DNA of 63,375 nt, counting the filler, from Octopus bimaculoides (taxonomy: Eukaryota): assembly GCF_001194135.2 (NCBI RefSeq). It is 9 parts of 7 records of this genome, joined end to end, with 100 filler letters (N's around TTAATTAATTAA, not from the genome) between each part and the next. Parts side by side here need not be neighbours in the genome. Positions count along the whole stretch, not along the records: positions 1 to 18,819 come from NC_068981.1; 8 more parts are not named here. One strand, given 5' to 3'. The notes beneath the pieces were generated by a model that made no database searches, was not told the DNA's origin, and saw only the letters and a list, made by a program, of their open reading frames with translations. Position numbers and translations under genes: made by a program. Numbering within the stretch: the stretch's first letter is position 1; each line of letters opens with the position of its first letter. Positions 1 to 11,799 of the stretch are shown here, one piece after another.

Positions 1-240
1 ATATATATATATATATATGCACACACACACATACACACGTGCATATATATTTATTTTATATATACATATATACGTGAACATGTATGCATATGTATATATA
101 TATATATATATAACAAGAGAAAGATACTACAGTCTCTTAAATTCTAACGAAAAATTTGATAGTCTTAGAGGAATTATTAAGACAATTAGAGCGTCCATTA
201 GTAGCTGCATCATATCTTAAGGAGTCGTATATATAATGAA

Positions 241-835
241 GGCAGTGAGCTGGTAGAATCGTTAGCACACCAGGCTAGGGGTATTTCGTCCGTCCTTACG
301 TTTTGAGTTCAAATTCCACCGAGGTCAACTTTCTTTCATCCTTTCGGGGTCAATAAATTAAGTTCCAGTGTAACACTGGGTCGATGTAATGGGTTTTATC
401 CCCTGCCCCAAAATGGCTACTCTTGTGGCAAAAATTGAAACTATTATCATTATTGTGAAGGTGGCGAGCCGGCAGAATTGTTAGCACGCCGGGCGAAATG
501 CTTAGGGGTATTTCGTCCGTCTTTACGTTTTGAGTTCAAATTCCATCGAGGTTAACTTTGCCTTTCATCCTTTCAGGGTCGATAAATTAAGTTCCAGTGT
601 AACACTGGGGTTAATTTAATCGACTAGTCCCCTCCCCAAAAATTTCAGGCCTTGTGCCTAAAGTAGAAAGGATTGTTGTTGTTGTTGTTGTTGTTGTTGA
701 GCTGGCAGAATCGTTAGCACGCCGGGCGAAATGCTTAGAGTTCAAATTCTGCCGAGGTCGAATTTGCTTTCGGAGTCGATAAAAATAAGTAACAGTTAAG
801 CACTGGGGTCGATGTAATTTATTAACTATCTTTGC
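241..835 (+). mobile_element. Three head-to-tail decayed copies of tRNA-derived SINE family A (approx. 241-440, 460-672, 698-835)
   Basis: Repeated head GGCGGCGAGCTGGCAGAA..GTTAGCACGCCGGGCGAAATGCTTAG, B-box-like GAGTTCAAATTCC, body GGTCGACTTTGCCTTTCATCCTTTCGGGGTCGAT; same family as the intact copy at 2099-2330. Confidence 0.85.
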
Positions 836-892
836 ATCCAACCCGGACCACCATAGATTTCTACGGTTTTCTTTTTATTTATTTATCGTTTA

Positions 893-1100
893 TATTTTAC
901 TTATTTCCTTCATTAGACTGCGGCCATATTGGGGCACTGCCTTGGAGAATTTTTTAGTCGAATGAATCTTATTTTTTAATGAATCTTATTTTTTTAAAGC
1001 CTAGTATTTTTTAAAGCCTGGCTGGCTATTATGCCGAACCGCTAAGTTACACGGACGTAAACACACCAACATCGGTTGTCAAGCGATGGTGGGGGGACAA

Positions 1101-1139
<39 letters not shown>

Positions 1140-1293
1140 CGATGAGCTTCTTTCAGTTTCCGTCTACCAAATCTACTCACAAGGTTTTGGTCGGCCCGAA
1201 GCTATAGTAGAGGACACTCGGCCAAGGTACCATGCAGTGGGACTGAACCCGGAACCACGTGGCTGGGAAGCAAGCTTCTTACCACACAGCCAC
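893..1293 (-). mobile_element. tRNA-derived SINE family B, near full length, with internal (AC)n(TA)n
   Basis: Reverse complement begins GTGGCTGTGTGGTAAGAAGCTTGCTTCCCAGCCACGTGGTTCCGGGTTCAGTCCCA (A/B-box-like); body matches copies at 40607-40953, 61245-61640, 62371-62587. Confidence 0.85.
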
Positions 1294-2098
1294 TCTCGGT
1301 CATGACTAGAACGAATAAAGAGAAAATAGCAGCAAAAAAGAAATGACAAAAAGATAAATGGAAAGAAAGGAAGCGAAAGAGAGAGAGAGAGGGCAGGAAA
1401 TNNNNNNNNNNNNNNNNNNNNNNNNNNNNNNNNNNNNNNNNNNNNNNNNNNNNNNNNNNNNNNNNNNNNNNNNNNNNNNNNNNNNNNNNNNNNNNNNNNN
1501 NNNNNNNNNNNNNNNNNNNNNNNNNNNNNNNNNNNNNNNNNNNNNNNNNNNNNNNNNNNNNNNNNNNNNNNNNNNNNNNNNNNNNNNNNNNNNNNNNNNN
1601 NNNNNNNNNNNNNNNNNNNNNNNNNNNNNNNNNNNNNNNNNNNNNNNNNNNNNNNNNNNNNNNNNNNNNNNNNNNNNNNNNNNNNNNNNNNNNNNNNNNN
1701 NNNNNNNNNNNNNNNNNNNNNNNNNNNNNNNNNNNNNNNNNNNNNNNNNNNNNNNNNNNNNNNNNNNNNNNNNNNNNNNNNNNNNNNNNNNNNNNNNNNN
1801 NNNNNNNNNNNNNNNNNNNNNNNNNNNNNNNNNNNNNNNNNNNNNNNNNNNNNNNNNNNNNNNNNNNNNNNNNNNNNNNNNNNNNNNNNNNNNNNNNNNN
1901 NNNNNNNNNNNNNNNNNNNNNNNNNNNNNNNNNNNNNNNNNNNNNNNNNNNNNNNNNNNNNNNNNNNNNNNNNNNNNNNNNNNNNNNNNNNNNNNNNNNN
2001 NNNNNNNNNNNNNNNNNNNNNNNNGGAAATTATCTGGGGAAAAGGGGAAATGGATAGGTTCAAGGAACCGAGGTCAAAGGGGAAACGAACACACACAA

Positions 2099-2330
2099 GG
2101 CGGCGAGCTGGCAGAAACGTTAGCACGCCGGGCGAAATGCTTAGCGGTATTTCGTCTGCCGCTACGTTCTGAGTTCAAATTCCGCCGAGGTCGACTTTGC
2201 CTTTCATCCTTTCGGGGTCGATTAAATAAGTACCAGTTACGAACTGGGGTCGATATAATCGATTTAATCCGTTTGTCTGTCCTTGTTTGTCCCCTCTGTG
2301 TGTAGCCCCTTGTGGGTAGTAAAGAAATAA
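2099..2330 (+). mobile_element. SINE family A, young intact copy with the GCCCCTTGTGGG tail
   Basis: Full head, body and tail; lies between AC-repeat sequence on both sides. Confidence 0.9.
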
Positions 2331-2564
2331 CACACACACACACACACACACACATAAAATTATCATTTCTAAATCTCTGAATGATAGACATTCAGTAACA
2401 GTACTCTAGAGAAAAGGTTATTTGCCAACATAATGTGGCAGTCCTGGTTTGTCGTATAGCCAGCTGGAAACGATGTTTCCTGGGGCTAAATAACAGTAAC
2501 AATCGTCCTAACCACGACTGCCAAATTACGTTGGCATATAATCTTTACTATATGTATATATACA

Positions 2565-3700
2565 ACTAAGATAACTTAGATTGGTTTCGGCCATTATCAG
2601 CCCAGGCAATGACTAACTCAATAGCACCACCTGGAAAAGTCTTTTAGTTAATTATTTTGGGATACCATGGATCACTCAAGCAGAGAGTTGTTGTTGGTTG
2701 CGACGTAGGTGGTTTATCTGGTATTTCCTGGAGGAATTTGTCCAGGTACCGTTTGAAAGTTGTTGGGTCTTTTTCTACTTTAATTTCTTTCGAGATAACA
2801 TTGAAAAGAGCAGGACCATTTGCAGTGAAGAAATTGTGTCGCAATGTTCTTATGTGATGTGATCTCAACCTTTATAGGGGACACATTGCACAGGGGCCTA
2901 GTCTTGGGTGAATTGTAAACATTATACCGATATCATTTGGATAACATTGGAGGAATATTTTCCACGTGGTGCAAATAATGTATCGCTCACGGCGGCGTTG
3001 CAGAGAATAGAGTTTCAGCTGTTTAAGTCGAGCCCAATAATCAAGTCCCGTCAGGCCATTTATTTCTTTATTGATTGGTCTTTGTGACGCTTCGATCCTC
3101 ATTATGTCTTGTATTTTGTAGGGGGACCACAATGAACAGCAGTATTCGAGGTGGGGCCTGGCGAAAGTGGAGAAGAGAAGAATGATGGTTTCATGATCCC
3201 TAGATTGAAAAGTTCTGAAGATCCATGAGCACATTCTGCAGGTAACGTCGACTTTTTGTTGATGTGCACACTCTAGCTAAGGTTGCTGTCGACAGTTACA
3301 CCTAAGTCTCTGATAGTATCAGACGGTTCAAGTAGGTCTCCCGACGGTAGTGTGTATGGTTGTTTGAGTGTGCCCTCTCTTCCAAAGTGGATGAGCTCAA
3401 ATTTTTCTTCGTTCAACTGCATTTTTTGTGTGTGTGTGTGTGTGCCCACTGGGTTACTACACATAGGTCCGATTGAAGCATCGTTCGATCATATGCTCCC
3501 TTAATGACTTTCTGGAGCTTAGAGTCATCTGCAAATATTTTAATGGTGCTGTGTCCAATGGAATCTACAATGTCATTGGTATAGACAATAAAAAGTAGTG
3601 GACCTAGCACAGCACCCTGCGGGATTTCGCTAATGACTTTTGCTGGTTTTGAGTAGATGCCATCAACCACAACATGCTGGGTCCTATTTGTTTGCAAATA
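2565..3700 (-). mobile_element. 5'-truncated CR1-clade LINE: C-terminal RT/thumb and 3' UTR, frameshifted
   Basis: ORFs 3413-3697 (IPQGAVLGPLLFIVYTND..IKIFADDSKL), 3273-3464 (LNEEKFELIHFG..IRDLGVTVDSNLS), 2872-3234 (ARPHLEYCCSLWSPY..LYSLQRRRER), 2644-2868; motif order typical of CR1-like ORF2. Confidence 0.85.
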
Positions 3701-4324
3701 CCTAAGAAACTAGAAACAATTTCTAGAAACTAGAAACAATTTGAAAAACTACTGCTTCATACGAAGGCTTTCCAAATGCAAACTGTCTGTGCTTACTTGT
3801 GAAATTATTCGACAGTGTACTAAAATTTTCTTCAGAATGAGAACTTAGAATTCATGGGAAATGATTTGAAAGGTTAACAAATTTACATTTTGTACATGGT
3901 CGTTTTTCCTCCACCTTTCTTTTTTATTATTACATTAATCTGCAGCTTCAAAGAAAGAATATGACATTTATTGGTGCTAAACCTATTTTTTTATGCGAAA
4001 CTGCATCTTCATTGGTACGATGGCCAGCACAAAAATTTACATTATTTCTCTATGAATATAAGATGTTGTAGAAGAATTATTAGATAGTTATTACGTGTGT
4101 TTTAGCAAACTTTAAAATTGTTTCAGGTTACTTGGAATCACGACTGAAAATATCATTAACATAGATGTGTCCGACTGAGTCTTAGATACTTCATTAAATC
4201 GTGTAACGGGTCTAAGGTTAATTAAAGTAGTCCAGCTTTGATAATAATGAAGCATTAATAATACTTTACAGCTTTAATACTTTTATAATAATACTCTTAC
4301 AGCTTTAATAATAATAATAATAAA

Positions 4325-4560
4325 GGCGGCGAGCTGGCAGAAACGTTAGCACGCCGGGCGAAATGCTTCGCTGAATTTCGTCTGCCGCTACGTTCTAAGT
4401 TCAAACTCCGCTGAGGTCGACTTTGCCTTTCATCCTTACGGGGTCGATAAATTAAATATCAGTTACGCACTGGGGTCAATGTTATCGACTTAATCCCTTT
4501 GTCTGTCCTCGTTTGTCCCCTCTATGTATAGCCCCTTGTGGGCAATAAAATAAATAAATA
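4325..4560 (+). mobile_element. SINE family A, young copy, in an (AAT)n tract
   Basis: High identity by eye to 2099-2330; tail GCCCCTTGTGGGCAATAAAA. Confidence 0.9.
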
Positions 4561-4852
4561 GTAATAAAGTATATTACTCGACCTCCGGTATTCGAGTACT
4601 ATTTTTTCCCACCTTGTTTCACATCTATGTGGCTACTTTGGTATATATATATACATATATATATACACGCATACATTTCTTTTTTTTCTAATGATAATCG
4701 GCAGAAGTTACAGAGTGACTCAAGGGCCGAGTTACTCTTCTGCCGATTATTTAATAAAAAACATATGTACACGTTTTAAATTTCATTTTTCCTCTTTGCA
4801 TCACCAACACCCCTACACACACGTGTGCCAACAACAACAACAACAACGTGAA

Positions 4853-5188
4853 GGCGCATGGCTCATGGTTAGAGCGTCGGGCTCACAATCATGAGGTAAT
4901 GATTTCGATACTCGGACCGGGCTATGTGTCTTCTTGGGTAAGGCACTTTATTTCCAGTTCACTCAGCCGTACAAATGAGTTGCGATGTCAGTGGTACCAA
5001 GTTGTATTGTTTTTTCCTTGGATAACATCAGTGACATGGGGACTGGTATGGATGGGCAACCGCCGGTCTTTCATAAACAACCTTGCCCAGACTTGTGCCT
5101 CGTGGCGGGGGGGGGGTAACTTTTTAGGTGCAATCCCATGACGCCTCATGACCTTTTGCCCCTTATTTTTACCCTGATAAAGATTACA
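4853..5188 (+). mobile_element. tRNA-derived SINE family C
   Basis: Head GGCGCATGGCTCATGGTTAGAGCGTCGGGCTCACAATCATGAGG..TTCGAT (A/B-box-like, no CCA or acceptor stem) followed by about 270 bp of body; related head on the minus strand at about 11055-11133. Confidence 0.7.
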
Positions 5189-5839
5189 CATGCCCTGATT
5201 TAGAAATGTCTAATTTGTACCTGTATATGTTAAATAATATCGTGTTTCTTACTTTTCTTCGTGTAATTTCCATGCTATGAAAAATTTACTGTATATATGG
5301 TACCGTATTTTAAGAATTTTAAGTGGACTAATAAATATCAAACAGACCCTACTTGAGAAGTGTATCTATTGAATCTGTTTAATAAAATTTAGCTCGTTTC
5401 ATTGTGTATTTTTTAATTTAAGCAAACGTTTAGAAATTCTCTGGGAAACTGGAAAATCCAGAAATCCGGAACAGTTCCAGTCCAGAATTGGATAAATTGG
5501 TCTGGTACAGTATTGAGGTGGGATGCATAACTAAGGGAGGGAAATGCAGCGTTTTAAAGAGTTATTTCCCTTGCTATGATTTAATATTTTTATATTAAGC
5601 CCCTGGATTAAATGAATTACGTCCCTTGTATTAAAGACTCGTTACCTGAAATCTTTGCTGTATTTTTCGTGTATATGTTGCCTGTATGTGTGCGTGCGTG
5701 TATGTGTGTATACATGACCATGAAATTAATAACGTAATTAGGACAGCGAATGAACTTGAGGATAGACATGAAATAAGAGCTGATACAGATCAAGGAACAT
5801 TGATAAATCCTATTTATCAACAGAACAAAATATTTTTTT

Positions 5840-6810
5840 TAAATGGACCCCTTCACTGAAAAGGTACTGCATAAGCACGAAAGACGCAAACTATAGAGGG
5901 AATTCATCATACCAAAAGTATGGCATGGAGTAGCGACAAGTATATGACATCCCACTTCAAATGTTATTTCCATGCAATTCGAGAACACAAGATCCTCACT
6001 ATGTACAAGCAGCTTAAGAAGGCAGAAAACATTGACAGATAACACAAATATAGGCTGTGCTAAACCAAGACTAAAGACATCAACCACATTATTGCCCACT
6101 GCAAGAGAATGTCATCCAGATATTATCATCCCATGAGGCATCATGCAGTGGCCAGAACAGTCTAGAACATCATTAACATCATTATCATCATCATCATCGT
6201 TTAGCATCATTTTTCCATGTTGTCATAGGTTAGATGGTTTGATTGGAACTAGTAAGCCTGAGAGCTGCACCAGTCTCCAGTTTGTTTTGGATTAACTTCT
6301 ACAGCTAGATGCTCTTCCTAACACCAACCACTCCATAAAGTGTAAAGGGTGTTTTTTACGTGTCACCAGCAAGGGCGCCTTTACTCATCACTAGCACTAG
6401 TGCCTCCAATGTGTCACCTGAATGAGCGCCTTTTAAGTGTTACTAGCACTGGTGCTTTTTATGTGACAAAAAGAAAGTACCAACAGACAAAATTACCTAT
6501 ATTGAGAACAATGGGTCAAAAGAATATTTATTGGTGGAGCTTAAAAATTAAAACAGCCACCAAGTTAAAACACAAGCAACCTGATATTGTTGGAAAAGAT
6601 ATGTTCTTTTGCATTGGATACCAATGTAGTTAGAAAAATACAAGAGTAAGAGGACATCTATGAACTATTGATTAGGAGTTTGCAAATCCAGGACCAAAGA
6701 TACACTTCCCGCTTCATAGCTATTATTATTGGCACAACAGGATACATACCAACCCGTCTAGACTAAAGTATGGTTGAACTTGGGTTCCTAAGGAGGGAAT
6801 GCAAGAGAAA
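5840..6810 (+). mobile_element. Decayed 3' part of an RLE-type non-LTR retrotransposon (R4/Dong-like), interrupted by a repeat at about 6170-6440
   Basis: Frame from 5941 reads YMTSHFKCYFHAIREHKILT..YRLC*TKTKDINHIIAHCKRMSSRYYHPMRHHAVART (decayed CCHC knuckle, RHD-like motif); downstream YWWSLKIKTATKLKHKQPDIV and LDTNVVRKIQE*EDIYELLIRSLQI..FIAIIIGTTGY..LGF match the restriction-like endonuclease region. Confidence 0.75.
6170..6440 (-). mobile_element. Decayed copy of the RTE-type 3' tail repeat (family E)
   Basis: (ATC)n followed by decayed reverse complement of CCATGCTAGCATGGAAAGCGGACGTTAAACGATGATG as seen at 17600-17660. Confidence 0.65.
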
Positions 6811-7598
6811 GAGGACATCTATGGACTATATATATATATATATATATATNNNNNNNNNNNNNNNNNNNNNNNNNNNNNNNNNNNNNNNNNNNNNNNNNNN
6901 NNNNNNNNNNNNNNNNNNNNNNNNNNNNNNNNNNNNNNNNNNNNNNNNNNNNNNNNNNNNNNNNNNNNNNNNNNNNNNNNNNNNNNNNNNNNNNNNNNNN
7001 NNNNNNNNNNNNNNNNNNNNNNNNNNNNNNNNNNNNNNNNNNNNNNNNNNNNNNNNNNNNNNNNNNNNNNNNNNNNNNNNNNNNNNNNNNNNNNNNNNNN
7101 NNNNNNNNNNNNNNNNNNNNNNNNNNNNNNNNNNNNNNNNNNNNNNNNNNNNNNNNNNNNNNNNNNNNNNNNNNNNNNNNNNNNNNNNNNNNNNNNNNNN
7201 NNNNNNNNNNNNNNNNNNNNNNNNNNNNNNNNNNNNNNNNNNNNNNNNNNNNNNNNNNNNNNNNNNNNNNNNNNNNNNNNNNNNNNNNNNNNNNNNNNNN
7301 NNNNNNNNNNNNNNNNNNNNNNNNNNNNNNNNNNNNNNNNNNNNNNNNNNNNNNNNNNNNNNNNNNNNNNNNNNNNNNNNNNNNNNNNNNNNNNNNNNNN
7401 NNNNNNNNNNNNNNNNNNNNNNNNNNNNNNNNNNNNNNNNNNNNNNNNNNNNNNNNNNNNNNNNNNNNNNNNNNNNNNNNNNNNNNNNNNNNNNNNNNNN
7501 NNNNNNNNNNNNNNNNNNNNNNNNNNNNNNNNNNNNNNNNNNNNNNNNNNNNNNNNNNNNNNNNNNNNNNNNNNNNNNNNNNNNNNNNNNNNNNNNNN

Positions 7599-7635
<37 letters not shown>

Positions 7636-8009
7636 TTGAGTGGGATTGGTATATTTCTAGTAGAGATTCCCAAATGTTGTTTCTCCATTATATATATATA
7701 CACATATACATATATATACATATATAAACATATACAAATATATACAGATATACCTATATATACATAAATATATATACATATACACATATACATATATATA
7801 GTTGAAATTTACAAAAAAAAATCAAAACAAAAGATGAACACGGGTGTGTAAACAACAAACGGATGTATTAATTTAACGTTCAGGAAGTGAGAAAGTTTTT
7901 TATGTTTCAAGCCTACGCTCTTCGACAGAAAGGAACACAGAAATAAACAGGGAGAGAAAATAGAAAAAGGTTTAGTGACTAGCGACATATACATATATAT
8001 ACACATATG

Positions 8010-8150
8010 ATGCATCATCACCATCATCATCATCGTTTAACGTCCGCTTTCCATGTTAGCATGGGTTGGATGATTTGACTGAGGACTGGTGAACCAGATG
8101 GCTACACCATGCTCCAATCTGATTTGGCAGAGTTTCTACAGCTGGATGCA
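8010..8150 (-). mobile_element. Short 5'-truncated copy of the RTE-type 3' tail repeat (family E)
   Basis: CATCATCATCGTTTAACGTCCGCTTTCCATGTTAGCATGGGTTGGA is the reverse complement of the 17177-17660 tail. Confidence 0.8.
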
Positions 8151-8246
8151 CACATATACATATATATACATATACACATATATATACTTAAACACATATA
8201 CACATATATACATATACACATACATACATACACACATACACATACA

Positions 8247-9429
8247 TTAGGTTATCAAGAAAGTTCTTGTGGTTTTTAACCTTTAAATTCAGATGCACAT
8301 ATCTCAGCTCAAAAAAACTTTATTAATCGAAATAAACACGATCAGAATCAACACACTTTTGCCAACACAAAACAAGTTCATTTATGCCAGTAGTGTAAAA
8401 ATCCTGCGTTCTGGTGGCAATGAAGTCGTTGAAGGCGTGTTTGGCATCATCTTGGTTTTGAAGCATTTCTCACGCAGGAAGTTGTCGAGATGCTTGAAAA
8501 GTGGTAGTCAGTAGGCAAGATGTCTGGTAAGTGTGGCAGATGAGGCAGAGTTTTGTAACCCAATTCGTTCAACTTCTGCAGGGTCAGTTGTATGACGTGC
8601 AGCCGAGTGTTATTGAGGAGAAGACTTGGTCCTTTTCTATTGACCAATGCTGGCTGTTGTTGTCGGAGTTTCTTATGCATTTCATCCATTTGCTGACAGT
8701 ACTTCTACACCATAATGGTTTCACCTGGATCCAAACAGCTGTGATGTTTGAGACTGACCACAGACCACCAAACAATCACCATGACCTTCTTTTGGTGCAA
8801 CTTTGGCTTCAGGCAGTGCCAAGGAGCTTCATCGGCATCTAACCACTGAGTTGAGCATCACTGGTTGTCCTAAAGAATCCACTTTTCATCGCAGGTCACA
8901 ATCCGGTCGAGAAACAGGACATTCTTGTTGCGTAAAAGAAGGGAAGACAACACTTCAAAATGGAGTTTTCTTTTTAGTTGTTGTTCAATTTGTGCAGAAC
9001 CCATTTCTCAAGTATTTTTGTTTTTCCAATCGCTTTCAAGAGGTTGGAAATTGTCGTATACGTTACATCTAATTCAGAAGCAAGCTCTCGAACAGTTATA
9101 CGTAGATTGGCTTCGACTAAGGCTCTTAGTTGATCGTTGTCAACATCTGATGGCCGACCAATACACTTATCATCTTCAAGACTCTCATCACTGCTACGAA
9201 ATTTCTTGAACCACCATTGTGCTGTACATTCATTAGTGGTTCCTGGGCCAAACACATCATTGATATCGCGAGCTGTTTCAGCAGCTTTTCGGCCTAGCTT
9301 GAACTGGAATAAGAAAAACAGACTTTAAAATGATATATAAAGTCAAAGTAATTTAACGAAAATTAATTTGAAAATACATCATTTAAAACCAAAATGAGAA
9401 GTTCCTCAAGAACTTTCTTGACAACCTAA
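8247..9429 (-). mobile_element. Complete but inactivated Tc1/mariner (mariner-type DD34D) DNA transposon
   Basis: 23-bp TIRs TTAGGTTATCAAGAAAGTTCTTG (8247-8269) and CAAGAACTTTCTTGACAACCTAA (9407-9429), 22/23 identical, TA on the right; fragments QWWFKKFRSSDESLEDDKCIGRP, EKWVLH, RIVTCDEKW, LLLNNTRLH (second catalytic D lost), PDILPTDYHF. Confidence 0.92.
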
Positions 9430-9476
9430 TATATACAAATACACATATACATATACATATATATATACATATACAC

Positions 9477-9519
<43 letters not shown>

Positions 9520-9525
9520 CACATG

Positions 9526-9601
<76 letters not shown>

Positions 9602-9974
9602 GTATTGGTTATCAATATTGTACTTTACACTCTAAGTAGCCAAGAAATATACTGTAACTTTGGATGGGAGTTAAAGAAAGTTTACCATAAAACACATCTG
9701 AAGGAACCATTTTCGCCATTTTACATAGGCCAGGACAGACAGATAGGATGCTCTTGAAGCTGAGAATTTGAATTTATGGAGGCAATATTTATATATTGCC
9801 TGAGAAAACAACAAGATCTCGTAATACAAGGAAATTGTTGCATAAACAAGTATCTGCAAGCCTAGAGAACTACCTGTATATATTACCCTATTGATGTGTC
9901 TAAATCCCAATGCAAAAGTTTTTGCTTTGAAGCTAGAAACCAGCTTCTTCTCCATAGGTCAGAAATTCAAAAAA

Positions 9975-10165
9975 TAGTATCAAATTTTGGCACAAGCCCT
10001 GCAATTTTAGGAGAGGGGTAAGTCATTACATCATCCCTAGTGTTTTATTCTTACTATATTTAGTTGGCACCATAAGGATGAAAAGCAAAGTTGATCTCAG
10101 CAGGATTTGAGCTCAGAACATAAAGAGTCAGAACAAAATTTGTTAAGTATTTTGTCCAATGTACA
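9975..10165 (-). mobile_element. Old SINE family A copy
   Basis: AAGGATGAAAAGCAAAGTTGATCTCAGCAGGATTTGAGCTCAGAAC is a decayed reverse complement of the family A body. Confidence 0.65.
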
Positions 10166-10273
10166 AATGATTTTGCCAGCTTAGCAACACAAAAAATAAA
10201 ATAAGAAAAAATACATTCATACATACACAAGTACTTTTATACAAAAGTGCTCTCCAAAAAATTGATAAATGAA

Positions 10274-10648
10274 TTGTTGTTGGCACTTACGACGTCGAGG
10301 GTTCCAGTTGTTCTGATCAACGGAACAGCCTGCTCGTGAAATTAACGTGCAAGTGGCTGAGCACTCCACAGACACGTGTACCCTTAACGTAGTTCTCGGG
10401 GAGATTCAGCGTGACACAGTGTGACAAGGCCGACCCTTTGAATTACAGGCACAACAGAAACAGGAAGTAAGAGTGAGAGAAAGTTGTGGTGAAAGAGTAC
10501 AGCAGGGTTCGCCACCATCCCCTGCCAGAGCCTCGTGGAGCTTTAAGTGTTTTTGCTCAATAAACACTCACAACGCCCGGTCTGGGAATCAAAACCACGA
10601 TCCTATGACCGCGAGTCTGCTGCCCTAACCACTGGACCATTGTGCCTC
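10274..10648 (-). mobile_element. tRNA-derived SINE family D, near full length
   Basis: Reverse complement begins GAGGCACAATGGTCCAGTGGTTAGGGCAGCAGACTCGCGGTCATAGGATCGTGGTTTTGATTCCC; matching end fragments at 34365-34402 and 39935-39968. Confidence 0.8.
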
Positions 10649-11799
10649 GACGATAAATGAATAAGGGATTGAAAATTAACTGACTTGAAAATGAAGGCTC
10701 AAGAGATATAAATGTATGCTGGCACAAGCACTGCATGAAATTGCTTATGGCCCAAGTCAGGTGGGTTTTTCACCCCTAATCACAAAGGATAGAAATGCAC
10801 ATATCACAAAGAAGCAATACACAAAGTTCCAGAATGTTCAGAACAGATCATCCAACATAATTGAGGTATTATTGATGATTTGATGCATATTCCCAATAAT
10901 ATGGATCTTATTGTTGTGATTGTTACCTTTGGTCTTACCATTTTTGCTAATAATAAGAATAATCCTTTCTACTAAAAGCACAAGGCCTGAAATTTGGTGG
11001 GAGGGAACTAGTCAATTACATCAACCCCAGTGTTTCACTGGTACTTAATTCATCAAAATGCACTGCCGGAAATCAAACTCATAACTTTATGATCGTGAGC
11101 TGAATACCCCTAACCACTAAGCCATGCTCCTTCTCCCTGTAAGTATATGGTCAACTGATAAGGATGTATTAAATTTGTGTGCCCAATGTAACAGTTTGAA
11201 TCATGAAGTTTACAGCTTATATGTTTACATTGAAATTTACATGTTACTTTAGTTGCCTGAAAGGGTTTCTGTGATTTGTTAGTTTGTCTCCATTTAACCC
11301 TTTAGCATTCAGATTTCTCTGTCAGATGTAATGCTTATTTATTCATATTGTCTTTAATTAGTTTCGAAATATGTGATACAAGAAAAAAAAAAAAACCAGA
11401 GAAATTTCAGCTTAGTATAACTATTCTGAAGGCCTATCAAGTGTTGTCTTATCTCAGGGTTTACCTCAGGAAATAAACATGAGCACTAGGAAAACATGAG
11501 AGTGAAGAAAAGAGAGGTCTGAATGACTTGATATTTTTTAATCTTAATGAATTAAGGGAAATTTGACTGCTAAATGTTGAAAGGTGAACGACCGTAGAAG
11601 CTATGTGATTATCACAAGTTGAAAAGTGTAAAAAACAGAAATGTAAAAGAACGAATCAGCGAAGTGAGATGCGAAACTGCCCTGTCCTATCGCCAAGAAT
11701 TGATCCAGTTATTAGTATTTGATTCATCAACCCCGAAAGGATGAAAGTCAAAAGTGACCCCTGCAGGATTTGAACTGGGACCATAGAAATATGCTACAT

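Noticed and set aside
4853-4925. tRNA gene
   Set aside because: A/B-box-like head without a convincing cloverleaf, continuing into a SINE body; the same applies to the other tRNA-like heads
11296-11580. TTAACCCTTT-starting segments suggesting more piggyBac-like MITEs (also at 20296)
   Set aside because: Left end only; no convincing right TIR with TTAA found
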